From assembly GCA_965248445.1 (NCBI GenBank), contig CBDFJG010000004.1, positions 64,001 to 128,000 on the forward strand: a stretch of DNA of 64,000 bases. Direction: 5' to 3'. This stretch comes from Planctomycetota bacterium. Its GTDB lineage: Bacteria; Planctomycetota; JAJSAM01; JAJVHW01. The notes under the pieces were generated by a model that saw nothing but the letters and a program-made list of their open reading frames with translations, was not told where the DNA came from and did no database searches. Each line of letters begins with the position of its first letter. Within the stretch, counting starts at the first letter, position 1. Made by a program: the position numbers and the translations under genes. Shown in pieces: positions 9,311-18,408 of the stretch.

Positions 9311-10540
9311 ATGGCGAAGCGCCTCCCGCCGGAAATCCGGGCCTGGCAGGTCCTGCATCCCGGGTGGACGATCCGGCCGCGCGTCCTGCCTTCGGGCATC
9401 AGGCGCTACTACCTGCGGGCGCGCCCTCCCGGCGGCGGCCGTGTCAACCGAGCGCTCGCGGAGGACGTGGCTAGCACCATACGTCTGGCGAACGAGATCC
9501 ATGACGCGGTCCTCGCCGAGGACGAGGCGTGCCTTGAGGCGTGCCTCGAGGCGCGCGTCGCGCAGCGCGTGACTCTCGCCGAGTTCCTGCCCCGGGCGGT
9601 TGAGTTGCTCACCGGGCAGAACCGCGCCGAGAAGACGGTCATCGCCACCCGGACCGCCGTGCACAAGATCGCGCCGTTCCTGCCTCAGATGATGGACACC
9701 GTGACGGTCCGGGACGCGGCCCAGGTGGTCGCCCACCTGGCCGGCCGCGAGGGCCTCTCCCCCGAGACCATCCGAGGCTACGTGTCGCGGCTCGCCGGCG
9801 TCTGGCGACTCGCCGAGGCCGAGGGGCACGTGCGCGAGGACGCGAACCCGTGGGAGCGTCGGCGCAAGCTCGGGATCCCCGCGCCCAGGGCGAAGGGGCC
9901 GCCCCGGACGTTCACGCCGGCGCAGATCGAGACCTTCCTTCGGTGCGCGCCGACGCCCGAGGCCCGCGACATCCTGCTCACCTACTACGAGACCGGCCTG
10001 CGGCGCTCGGAGCTCTTCGACCTGCGGTGGTATGACGTGGCCCTCGACCGCCCCGACACGGACCACGGCGTGGTCGTGGTGCGCCCCGAGACCAGCAAGG
10101 GCGGCTATAGCGGCCGGGTGGTCGTGCTCACGGCACGCGTCGCCGACGTGCTGCGCCGGTGGCGCCAGTCGCGGCCCACCCCGGCGGCGGACGGCGCGGA
10201 CTTCGTGTTTCTGCGCGACGACCGCCGGAGCCCCCCGGCGGGCCGATTCTCCGCCGAGCGCATGAGCATCATCGTGCGGCAGACCCGCGAGCGGGCCGGG
10301 AAGATCGACCCCGCCCTCGGGGGCCTGCGCGTGAAGGACCTGCGCAGCTCCTTCGCCACGCACCTGTTCGACCGTTCGGGCAACCTGGCCGTCACGCAGG
10401 ACGCTCTTGGCCACCGCTCCCCGAGCACGACGAACCGCTACCTGGGCGTCAAGGACATCCGGCACCGCGTCGCAGCGATGCGGGAGGCGTTCGTGGGGGA
10501 CGGCCGCGGCGGCGCTCACCGAGCTGCCTCCGGCGACTGA
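9311..10540 (+). CDS. tyrosine recombinase / phage integrase
   Basis: AGGAG RBS; TGLRRSEL (R), SKGG (K), KDLRSSFAT (HxxR position), LGH and TTNRY (Y). Confidence 0.92.
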   Translation: MAKRLPPEIRAWQVLHPGWTIRPRVLPSGIRRYYLRARPPGGGRVNRALAEDVASTIRLANEIHDAVLAEDEACLEACLEARVAQRVTLAEFLPRAVELLTGQNRAEKTVIATRTAVHKIAPFLPQMMDTVTVRDAAQVVAHLAGREGLSPETIRGYVSRLAGVWRLAEAEGHVREDANPWERRRKLGIPAPRAKGPPRTFTPAQIETFLRCAPTPEARDILLTYYETGLRRSELFDLRWYDVALDRPDTDHGVVVVRPETSKGGYSGRVVVLTARVADVLRRWRQSRPTPAADGADFVFLRDDRRSPPAGRFSAERMSIIVRQTRERAGKIDPALGGLRVKDLRSSFATHLFDRSGNLAVTQDALGHRSPSTTNRYLGVKDIRHRVAAMREAFVGDGRGGAHRAASGD

Positions 10541-10891
10541 CGCCGCCCTATCCGGCGCCTGCGCACCCTCGGCCGCGGGGGCTCCGCCGGCTGTGGCCTC
10601 TCGGGCACCTCGGCGGTCCCGGCCCGCTCCCACGCCGCGTCCACATCTTCGCGCCGCACGCGCAGGCCCTTCACGGCACCGGGCCGACTCGGGAGGAGCG
10701 GCACGTCCCACGCCCGGCACCAGTGCGTCGCCTGCTCTCCGGTCAGGCCCAGCAGGACGCCCAAGGTCAGCCATCGACAGGTACGGCGCCACGGATGCGC
10801 GCAGGAGCGCCACGATGGCGTTCTGCCCCTCCTCGGGCAGCGCAGCGACGATGGCGGCCGTCGCGGGGCTGGGGTCCTGGGAGCCGCTCAC
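10516..10891 (-). pseudogene. excisionase-like HTH protein with a +1 frameshift at ~10761
   Basis: GTG overlaps the upstream TGA. Joining the two frames gives YLSMADLGVLLGLTGEQATHWC...LRVRREDVDAAW, a Xis/HTH_17-like pattern next to the integrase. Confidence 0.6.
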
Positions 10892-11535
10892 GAAGTCGCC
10901 CTCCCCTTCAACTGCTGACGGACCTGTTCCGCCGCCCACTGCACGCGGTCCCACTCCGACCGCTCGCCGCCCTTGTCCGGGTGCGCCTCCTTCAGGCACG
11001 CCCGGATCTCCGCCTCGATGGCCTCTGCCGGCCACTCCGGGTCGCACCCGAGGAAGTGCCACGGGTCGATGCCGTGGGTCTCCCCCGGCGCCGGCAGCGC
11101 CTTGAAGCCCGTGAAGACGGCGCGGACCATGGACTCGCCGACCCACCGCTCCTGCCCGCGCGTGGCTTCGATCCACTTCGCCAGGGCGACGAGGTTGTCG
11201 GCCACGCGGTCCCACCTGTCGCACGCGAGGCAGAGGTCGTCGCCGTTCAGTGTGAAGTAGACGGCGACGCCGGGGTCCTCTGGCGCACGGCGGTTCGAGT
11301 AGGGCAACCCGTCCAGGCGAAGCTCGACGTTGGTCGAGAGGACCTGGTCACGCGCGCCGAGGCGGCTCAGTTCCTCAAGGATCTGCCCTGTGGCGTGGTT
11401 GAGGCTCACCTCCTGGAGGCGGCCATCGCGCTTCCACCCGTCCGTCTTCGCGCGCCTCCCGAACCGAGCGCGCGTGCGCTGGTACGTTGGCGTCCTCTGG
11501 CGGCCGAGAGGCCACGCCAGGGGGTAAGCAGTCAC
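10888..11535 (-). CDS. phage protein with C-terminal J-domain
   Basis: AYPLAWP...STNVELRLDGLP...DPGVAVYF...CDRW...FTGFKALP, then PWHFLG...AHPDKGG (HPD motif). Confidence 0.85.
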   Translation of the reverse strand: MTAYPLAWPLGRQRTPTYQRTRARFGRRAKTDGWKRDGRLQEVSLNHATGQILEELSRLGARDQVLSTNVELRLDGLPYSNRRAPEDPGVAVYFTLNGDDLCLACDRWDRVADNLVALAKWIEATRGQERWVGESMVRAVFTGFKALPAPGETHGIDPWHFLGCDPEWPAEAIEAEIRACLKEAHPDKGGERSEWDRVQWAAEQVRQQLKGRATS

Positions 11536-11564
11536 CGCGGGGCCGGAGACGTTGGAGACCAACA

Positions 11565-12035
11565 CTAGGCCACCTCCAGCGCAGCGGCCACGGCTTCCAC
11601 CGGTTCCAGTGTCGCCGTTAGCCCGGGCAACTCGTCCTGCGCACCGGTGAGTTTCGAGGCGTGGAGTTCCACTACCTGGCGATCGTCCTTCCACAGCACC
11701 CCGTTGGCCGCGTCCATGAAGGCCTTCGCAACGTTGTCGATGTCCTTCGCGTTGAGCGACGGCTCGCGGCCGCGCGGCTTCGTCTTGCGATACGTCGACT
11801 TGGGCCGCGAGAAGATGGCCACGATGGTGAGTTTGACTGCCAACAGGCACGGTTCGCGGCCCGCGAGCGCCACGCGCATGTGCACCTGCGCCGCGCCCTT
11901 CCACGAACGGAGAGCAGGCCTGGTGAACCGCTGCGCGCGCGCCTTGCCAGTGCCGTCGATGTACCCGCGGGCGCCGGAGCGGGACCACGACACTGGCTCG
12001 CCGGGGATGTGGATCACCAGAGGCTCCAACGTCAC
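11565..12035 (-). CDS. rusA: RusA-family Holliday junction resolvase
   Basis: IPGEP...DIDNVAKAFMDAANGVLWKDDRQVV catalytic pattern. Confidence 0.9.
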   Translation of the reverse strand: MTLEPLVIHIPGEPVSWSRSGARGYIDGTGKARAQRFTRPALRSWKGAAQVHMRVALAGREPCLLAVKLTIVAIFSRPKSTYRKTKPRGREPSLNAKDIDNVAKAFMDAANGVLWKDDRQVVELHASKLTGAQDELPGLTATLEPVEAVAAALEVA

Positions 12036-12325
12036 GACCCGCCTCCATCGAACAGCGTCCCCTGCTGCTCGCGCTTCCTTTTCTTCCGCGTCCTGGCCGC
12101 GATCGTCCGTTGCAGTCGCTGCTCGGGCTCCGCGTCCTCTTCGCCCCACGACGCGCTGTCGGCGCCGTCGAGCATCTCCGCCATCGAGTCCGACCTCGAT
12201 CCCCGCACGAGCATCGGGCAGTCGTCGCGGTGCGTGAGCACCGATCCGAAGCCGTCGGAGCAGGGGCCCGACTTCGCGCCGCAGTGCGGGCACGTCACGT
12301 CGTGGGGGTCGGTGTCTGTCGTCAT
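12032..12325 (-). CDS. small phage protein with a CxxC motif
   Basis: CPHCG...C...H...CP, QGTLF tail, coupled to rusA by GTGA. Confidence 0.6.
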   Translation of the reverse strand: MTTDTDPHDVTCPHCGAKSGPCSDGFGSVLTHRDDCPMLVRGSRSDSMAEMLDGADSASWGEEDAEPEQRLQRTIAARTRKKRKREQQGTLFDGGGS

Positions 12326-12329
12326 GGCA

Positions 12330-12600
12330 CTAGCCGTAGACGGGGATCTCCGTGCCGACTTCGCCGCCGACCCAGTCCCGGACGCGCTTGATCGCGTCGA
12401 GCTTCCAGCGGCCGCCGTCGGCCTCGAACAGCGCGCACGTCGGGAGCTTCCCGTCGCCGCCTCCGCGCAGACGGAGCACGAACGGTGACGCGACCTGCTC
12501 GGTCTCGGAGAAGGAGCGATAGGGCGTCAGGATGACCGGGCTCGGCACGTCCACGTTGGCGACCGTGGCCACGCCCTGGCGAGCGGTGGCCTGTTGGGAG
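12330..12600 (-). pseudogene. C-terminal part of a conserved phage hypothetical protein
   Basis: SQQATARQG...VPSPVILTPYRSFSETEQ...ALFEADGGRWKLDAI resembles the C-terminus of a recurrent phage protein family (from memory). The upstream in-frame sequence looks non-coding. Confidence 0.55.
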
Positions 12601-12751
12601 AGGGGCGCCGGGCCTTTCGAAGGATCGGTGGCTAGGTGTCGGGCTCCTCTCGTTGAGGTGCCCCACCCGGAAAGCCCCGACGCAGCCACCGACCGGTGGT
12701 GGTTACTCACCCATGAGAGTGGGCGCTCCCGTCGGGGCAGGACGGGCATGG

Positions 12752-12994
12752 TTAGTTCGCGGCCTCGGTCGTGGCCGCGGCCTTGCGCTTGCGCGGCAGC
12801 ATCCGCGTGAAGGTCCGCCGCTCGACCTTGAGGTCCCGGATGCTCTGCTCGTCCGCCGTGATGTCCTCCCGGATGTCGGCGATCTTGCGGTCGATGTCCG
12901 CGATGGCGTCGCGGACCCCTGCCTCCATCTCCGCCGCGGTCTGGGGCTTCGTCGCAGGGCCTGCCACCTTCGCCCCGTCGTTTGTCTCTGCCAT
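12752..12994 (-). CDS. small coiled-coil phage protein
   Basis: GAGGAG RBS and a heptad pattern. Confidence 0.7.
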   Translation of the reverse strand: MAETNDGAKVAGPATKPQTAAEMEAGVRDAIADIDRKIADIREDITADEQSIRDLKVERRTFTRMLPRKRKAAATTEAAN

Positions 12995-13010
12995 CGGTCT
13001 CGGTCTCCTC

Positions 13011-15464
13011 TCAGGCCACTACCGTGAGCTGGCCGTCCTTCACTTCGATTCGCGCGTCTGCCAGAGCCCAGAGCTCCGGCGAGTGGGTCACGAACAGCAC
13101 GCGGTCCGCGCCGATCAGGTCAGCAGCGCGCCGCAGCATGGCCACGTACGCGGGCCCGGCGTCGGGGTCGAGAGCCGCGCCCGTCTCGTCGCGCACCAAC
13201 GTCACCCCGGACAGCCCGGCGCGCCGGCACGACACCGTCGTCAGCGCCAGTCGGATCGCCTCGCCGACGAGCACGCGCTCGCCGCCCGAGAGCCGGTCCG
13301 CATCGCCGTCGGTGCCCTGCTCGGTGTCGACGACGTTGACGTAGCACTCCTCGAGCTCCCGCTTGCCGGTGGCGTCGAGCCGCGTCGTCTCGATCGAGAC
13401 CGTGAACCGCGGGCCGTACGATCTGTGCAGGAGGTCGGTCGCGAGCTCGGAGAGCTCCGGGCCCGCGGCGTCGATCTCCAGCGCCTGCAGCCCGTCCTTC
13501 CCGAGGTCCAGCGCCAGCCGGGCGTAGTCCTGGAGCTCCGCGTGGTGCGCCTGAACCTGTCCGGTGATCTCTGCGATACGCTCCGCCTCTCGGCGGGCCT
13601 CGGCGAGACGGTCGTCCCGGACAGCCACCGCCTTCGCGGCGTCGACGTGGCGCTCCTTCGCCTCGCGGACCGCCGCCTCTTCGACCGACAGGTCGGGAAG
13701 CGGTTCGGCATCCGGTGGGAGCGGAGCGGCATCGAGTTCCTCGAGCACGGCCGCCAGGTCGCCCCGCGCCGTCTCGGCCTGCGTGCGGAGATCACCGAGC
13801 AGCGTCTCGGCACTCTCCAGGCGCTTGAGCTGTTCCGCGGCGGTGCTTAGGCCGGATCGCTGATCTTCCAGTTCGGCGCGACGCCGCTGCTCGTGCTGCT
13901 GGTCGCTGTGGGCTTTCGTGGCCGCGCTCTCGGCAGCCTCCGAGTCAGCCTTGGTCGTCTGGAGTCGAGCCACCAGGTCGCTCGCTTCTCCGAGCGCTAC
14001 CTCGAGGTCGGCCTCCGCCGCCTCGATCGCGGGCAGCCGGTCGACCAGGCCCTGGAGCCGAAAGACGTCGTCGCGCTCACTCGCCTCGGTGACTCGCGCC
14101 TGGCGGTGCCGATGGTCGGCATTCGGGATCTCGGTGACGGCTGACGCGGCCTCGGCCGCGGCGCTGTCGTCGGTCGTGAGCACTCTGCCCGCATAGGCGT
14201 CGAACTCCTCGACGAGGACGTTCTCCGACAGCTCGCGCAGGCCGTGCCGCAGACCCTCGATCCGCGACTCGGTGGACTTGGCGACCAGGTCGCGCAGGTC
14301 TATCGCGACCTGCTCCGCCGCCGTGATGGCCTCCCGGGCAGCGTCGCGTGCCTCTCGCGCGCCCGGCAGGTCCTCGACCGCCTTGCGGACGACGGCCGCG
14401 TCCGTTGCCCGAGAGCGTGCCAGGCTGACCCGTCCCTCGGCGGCCTTGTGGGACCGCGCGAGGTCGCGGTGCGCGGCATGCGCACGGTCCGCAGCCCCGC
14501 GGGCCCGACCCACCTCTCCCGCCGCGGTCGCGAGCTGGGCTGATGCACGCTCGATCTGCGTCTCGATGCGGGCGAGCTCGCCCGCCTTCTGGCGGATCCG
14601 CTCAGCGTCAGCGACGAGCTGCTCGTTCAGTTCGATGCGCTTGGCGAGGTTGCCGGCGCGGTTGCGCAGGTCGGTCTCGCGCGAGACGATCGCTGCACGC
14701 TTCGCCAGCGCGCGGTCCCGGTTGCGCTGCGCGTCGAGGAGGCCTGCGTGGCGGTCCTGCGCAGCCTTGAGCCGGGCCTCGGCCGTGGCAACCATCTCGG
14801 CAGCGCGGGCAGCCGCCGTGCGCGTGGACTCCAACTCGCGCTGGATCTCCTCAGGGTCGCCGGCGGCGTCGGACAGCTCGTCGCGCCGCGCCTCCAGCCG
14901 GCGGATCGCCTCCGAGGTCTCGCGCTCGTGACGCCGGGCGATCTCGGCCAGGGCCTCGTACCGCTCGATCCCCAGGTAGCGCAGCAGCGTGGCCTTGCGG
15001 TCGCCGCGCGAGAGGTCGAGGAAGTTCGGGCTCTTGGCGCCCTGGCGCGCGAAGAGGCTGGTGAAGAAGACGCCGGGGTCCGGGAGGTGGATCTTCGCCC
15101 ACTCATCGAACGTCGTCACCTTGGCGTCGAGCAGGACGGGCTTGCCGTCGCCGTTCAGCACGAGCGCCTCGGCCTTTCCGCTCACGTGGTCGTACGTCTG
15201 GCGGATCGTGTACGGCGTCCCGTCGGCCGTGACGATGCCCGCCTCCCGGTAGGAGTCGCGGGCCTGGGAGAGTGTGGCGAGGCGGCCCTGGTCGAACGTG
15301 CCGCGGTACATGGCGCCCGGCCAGCACTTGAGTGCCGTGGACTTGCCCGCACCGTTGGCTCCGATGAGGGCGACGACTCGGGCGGTGCCGAGGTCGGCCA
15401 TGTCGAGGCGGACCTCTCCGGGGAAAGGAACGAGGCCGCGGGCGGCGATGTGGGTGAGCTTCAT
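13011..15464 (-). CDS. sbcC: SbcC/Rad50-like SMC ATPase
   Basis: Walker A GANGAGKS, Q-loop, long coiled coil, signature LSGGE, Walker B/D-loop LVRDETGAALD, H-loop FVTH. Confidence 0.9.
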   Translation of the reverse strand: MKLTHIAARGLVPFPGEVRLDMADLGTARVVALIGANGAGKSTALKCWPGAMYRGTFDQGRLATLSQARDSYREAGIVTADGTPYTIRQTYDHVSGKAEALVLNGDGKPVLLDAKVTTFDEWAKIHLPDPGVFFTSLFARQGAKSPNFLDLSRGDRKATLLRYLGIERYEALAEIARRHERETSEAIRRLEARRDELSDAAGDPEEIQRELESTRTAAARAAEMVATAEARLKAAQDRHAGLLDAQRNRDRALAKRAAIVSRETDLRNRAGNLAKRIELNEQLVADAERIRQKAGELARIETQIERASAQLATAAGEVGRARGAADRAHAAHRDLARSHKAAEGRVSLARSRATDAAVVRKAVEDLPGAREARDAAREAITAAEQVAIDLRDLVAKSTESRIEGLRHGLRELSENVLVEEFDAYAGRVLTTDDSAAAEAASAVTEIPNADHRHRQARVTEASERDDVFRLQGLVDRLPAIEAAEADLEVALGEASDLVARLQTTKADSEAAESAATKAHSDQQHEQRRRAELEDQRSGLSTAAEQLKRLESAETLLGDLRTQAETARGDLAAVLEELDAAPLPPDAEPLPDLSVEEAAVREAKERHVDAAKAVAVRDDRLAEARREAERIAEITGQVQAHHAELQDYARLALDLGKDGLQALEIDAAGPELSELATDLLHRSYGPRFTVSIETTRLDATGKRELEECYVNVVDTEQGTDGDADRLSGGERVLVGEAIRLALTTVSCRRAGLSGVTLVRDETGAALDPDAGPAYVAMLRRAADLIGADRVLFVTHSPELWALADARIEVKDGQLTVVA

Positions 15465-15682
15465 CCGTCGCTCCCAGGGAGAAAGAGCACCGGCTCGCCG
15501 TAGGACGTCACGCACAGCCCGACCTTCGTGTGTTCGACCGCGGCCTCGCAGACCCGGCGCGCTGCGGTCTCGGCCGATCGGCGTGCCTGCGTCCGGACTT
15601 GACCGAGGGAGCATTCGTCGCCCCACGAGCCAGACTCGAACACCATCTCGAACGACACCCGGACCTTCGCCCGCGTGCTCAC
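15461..15682 (-). CDS. small hypothetical phage protein
   Basis: Coupled on both sides by 4-nt start/stop overlaps. Confidence 0.65.
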   Translation of the reverse strand: MSTRAKVRVSFEMVFESGSWGDECSLGQVRTQARRSAETAARRVCEAAVEHTKVGLCVTSYGEPVLFLPGSDG

Positions 15683-16095
15683 GGGGTCACCGCTTCAGCA
15701 AGGCCCGGCCGGGCGAGGTCCGCGAGCGCATCGACGGCGCGGGCGCCGAACCCGCACTGGCTCTCCTGGACGTTCACGAAGTCCGCGAACGTGGCGCACC
15801 ACTGGTCGCCGTCGCGGAACAGCCGGAAGACCGGCTCGCCCTTGGACGTCGCCTGCTTGACGAACTCCAGGGCGTCGTCGTCGGTCAGGCCCCACTTCGC
15901 GATGAGCGCCTCGGTGCGCGACTTCCGGGCACCGAGAGCCATCGCCTCGATGATGATCAGCCAGGCGTTCCCGCGGTCGCTGGTGTCGAGCTTCCAGACC
16001 TTCCGGACGAACCCGCCGGCCTCCACCTCGGGCCGGAACCGCTTCCAGATCAGGTCGCCGTTCGTGTGCAGGTAGTACCAACCGTGTTCGTTCAC
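15679..16095 (-). CDS. hypothetical phage protein
   Basis: GTG overlaps the upstream TGA; GWYYLHTNGDLIWK...DGDQWCAT...QESQCGFG. Confidence 0.75.
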   Translation of the reverse strand: MNEHGWYYLHTNGDLIWKRFRPEVEAGGFVRKVWKLDTSDRGNAWLIIIEAMALGARKSRTEALIAKWGLTDDDALEFVKQATSKGEPVFRLFRDGDQWCATFADFVNVQESQCGFGARAVDALADLARPGLAEAVTP

Positions 16096-17270
16096 GAAAC
16101 CACCTCCATCTCGATCGCGTCGAGCCGCGACAGCACTGACGCCTCGCGCTCGGGCGTCATCTCGATCTCGCGGTGCTTCCACAGGCCGCGGAGCTTGTCC
16201 GGCAGGCCGCGGACGGCGGCGATCTCGGGCGCGCGGGCTGTGGTCGTCTGGCGGACGACCTCCTCGACCTTCACCACGGCGGCGCCGAGGCTCAGGGCGT
16301 GGGCTTGCCAGAGCTTCGCAGCGGCGGCGGCCGCCTCGCGCTGATCCGACTCCACGCGATAACGGAGTCTGATCTCTGCGCCTTGCGTCTGCGCTGCGCT
16401 CGGCAGGTGGCTGCCGCCCGTGACGACCATCTCCCCAGCCGCCCACTCGTACTCGACGAGGTGCATCGGAGTCGCCGGAGTCGGGACGCGCTGCCACGCG
16501 ACCGGCATCTGGCCGTCAGCGCCGCGCTCGCCGAACTCGATGACGACGTAGCCCTTCGGCTCCAGCTCGCCCTTCGCGTAGGCGGTGCGCCTCGGGCTTC
16601 CGCTGTAGATCACCGGAACCCCGATCGCGTCCTCCCACTCCTGCGGCTTGTGGATGTGGCCCAAGCACACGACATCGCTCCCCGCGAGAGCTAGGTCGGC
16701 CAGCGACAGGTCCATGTCCTTGCCGACCAGCGGCGGCTGGTCCGGGCCCACCGAGGAGCCGCTCACCGTGCAGTGGCCGAGCAGGATGCGCGGGCCGTCG
16801 AAGGCCTCCAGTTCCCTGCGGAAGCCCCGCAGGACGTCCCTGAGGGCCTCTCTCGCGAGGTCGTCGCTCTCCTCGTGTCCCAGGGCCTCGTCGGCGCCAG
16901 CGAGCAGCCAGGATTTCCGTGGGTACGGCAGCGCCACGATCGCGCAGCCGGCCAGGTACTCGTCGCACGCGCCCTCGACCGCGTAGATGTTGCGATCGAC
17001 GTCGTGCAGCTCGGCGACCTCCCCCGGGTCCTCGTGGTTGCCGGAGATGATGAACACGGGCATGAACTGCGCCACCAAGCGGCACCAGTCGCGGATCCGC
17101 TGGCGCTCCTGCGCGGTGGATCGGCGCTCGTAGATATCCCCGCCAACCAACATGAGGTCGCACCAACGCTCGATCGCGTCGTGGGCCACGAAGTCCATCA
17201 CGCGATCATGCTCTTTCAGCCGAGACCGCTCGTCGATCTGGTTGTCGGCGAGGAACGCAACGCGGATCAT
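16092..17270 (-). CDS. sbcD: SbcD/Mre11-like metallophosphoesterase nuclease
   Basis: ADNQ, GGDIYE, GNHE, GH, LGHIH and YSGSP motifs; upstream of sbcC. Confidence 0.88.
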   Translation of the reverse strand: MIRVAFLADNQIDERSRLKEHDRVMDFVAHDAIERWCDLMLVGGDIYERRSTAQERQRIRDWCRLVAQFMPVFIISGNHEDPGEVAELHDVDRNIYAVEGACDEYLAGCAIVALPYPRKSWLLAGADEALGHEESDDLAREALRDVLRGFRRELEAFDGPRILLGHCTVSGSSVGPDQPPLVGKDMDLSLADLALAGSDVVCLGHIHKPQEWEDAIGVPVIYSGSPRRTAYAKGELEPKGYVVIEFGERGADGQMPVAWQRVPTPATPMHLVEYEWAAGEMVVTGGSHLPSAAQTQGAEIRLRYRVESDQREAAAAAAKLWQAHALSLGAAVVKVEEVVRQTTTARAPEIAAVRGLPDKLRGLWKHREIEMTPEREASVLSRLDAIEMEVVS

Positions 17271-18191
17271 CAGATCGGGCTCCCGGCCGTCGCAGCCTCG
17301 CGCGCGTCCTCTGCGTTCTGCAGCCGCGTACACACGCGTCTCGTCGCTGATGTCGGTGTCAGACGACGCCAGCCACGGGCCGAGCTTGGCGATCAGCGTG
17401 TCCACGGTCCCCTTCGACGCCGCTGCGATGGGCCTGCCCGCGTCCTCGCCGTACGCCTCGTTGTCCGGCACGAGGGCCGGGTCCGGGCCACCGCCGGCGT
17501 CCCTGACGTCGGCCTGCTCGGTGACGTTTCGGGTGACCTCGCCCGTGTCGGTGTCCAGCGTCTCGTCGGGGCCGTAGAGTCTCTTCGCGGCACCCTCCGC
17601 ATCCACGGGGTCGGCGCGGAAGACCTGGGCCATGAAGACGGGGCGGCCGATGGCGTCCTTGCTCTGCGTCCGAGAGATGCCCGACTCGGCGATGCACCGC
17701 GACTTCGCGTAGGTCGTCGTCAGCTCCTGGATCTTCTTGCGCATCCGCTTGAGTTCCTTGCCGCTCTTGCCGTGCGCCTCGACCGCCTCGTCGCGCAGGT
17801 CGAGCTGCGCGTCCCCAGTGATGGCCCTCCATTGGCCGGTGTAGTCCCGGTAACGGCCCTTCACCTCCACCGAGCACACGAACGGGTGGACGTAGCCGTC
17901 CAGCCGCTTCATCCCCACCCACTCGATACCGATCCCGGCGGCGAGTAGCTTGAGGAACGTCGCTTTGAAGCATCGCTTCTTGCTCGACTCCTCGACGTAG
18001 ATGTCCCCTTCGTTCGGGGTGATCGACGTCACGTTGACCTTGTGGCCCTCGGCGATTCCCAGGCACTCGACCGTGCCGCCGGGCGCGTACACCGGCCCCT
18101 CCTGGGAAAGGGCGACGAGCGCGTGCGTGATGGAAGTCGGCTCGTCCTTCATGCCGAGGAAGGCACCGAGAGGGTTGGCTTGGTCGGTCAT
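17270..18191 (-). CDS. phage protein, candidate single-strand annealing protein; in-frame with sbcD as assembled
   Basis: GGAG RBS, globular N-terminal domain, acidic DTDTGEV linker typical of phage recombinases, position directly before sbcD. Confidence 0.55.
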
Positions 18192-18240
18192 GTCCGGTCT
18201 CCGTTGGTGGTGGCGGGGTGGTCCGTGGCGAGGGCGGCGG

Positions 18241-18408
18241 TCACGAGAGAATCCGCCTGACCAGCTCCGGCGAGAGCGCCGCCGCCAGCCAGGCCACCGA
18301 TCCGATGGCCACGACGGTCAGGATGATCGCCACCGTCTGAGAGGTCTCGGCCTGGTGCTGGGACCGGCCCTGGCCGGGGGCGACGAGGGGCTCGCGGTCG
18401 GCGGTCAT
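18241..18408 (-). CDS. small single-TM phage protein
   Basis: ATGA coupling; hydrophobic VAIILTVVAIGSVAWLAAAL. Confidence 0.55.
   Translation of the reverse strand: MTADREPLVAPGQGRSQHQAETSQTVAIILTVVAIGSVAWLAAALSPELVRRILS

Noticed and set aside
9041..11224. 727-aa ORF and similar long Arg/Ala/Pro-rich ORFs (e.g. 28544-30751, 22963-24387)
   Set aside because: Shadow frames of real genes in high-GC DNA; only 10762-10891 is used, as the xis N-terminus.
16092..18191. Genuine 699-aa annealase-Mre11 fusion
   Set aside because: The TGATG overlap and a more natural alternative-frame C-terminus point to two genes plus a small indel.
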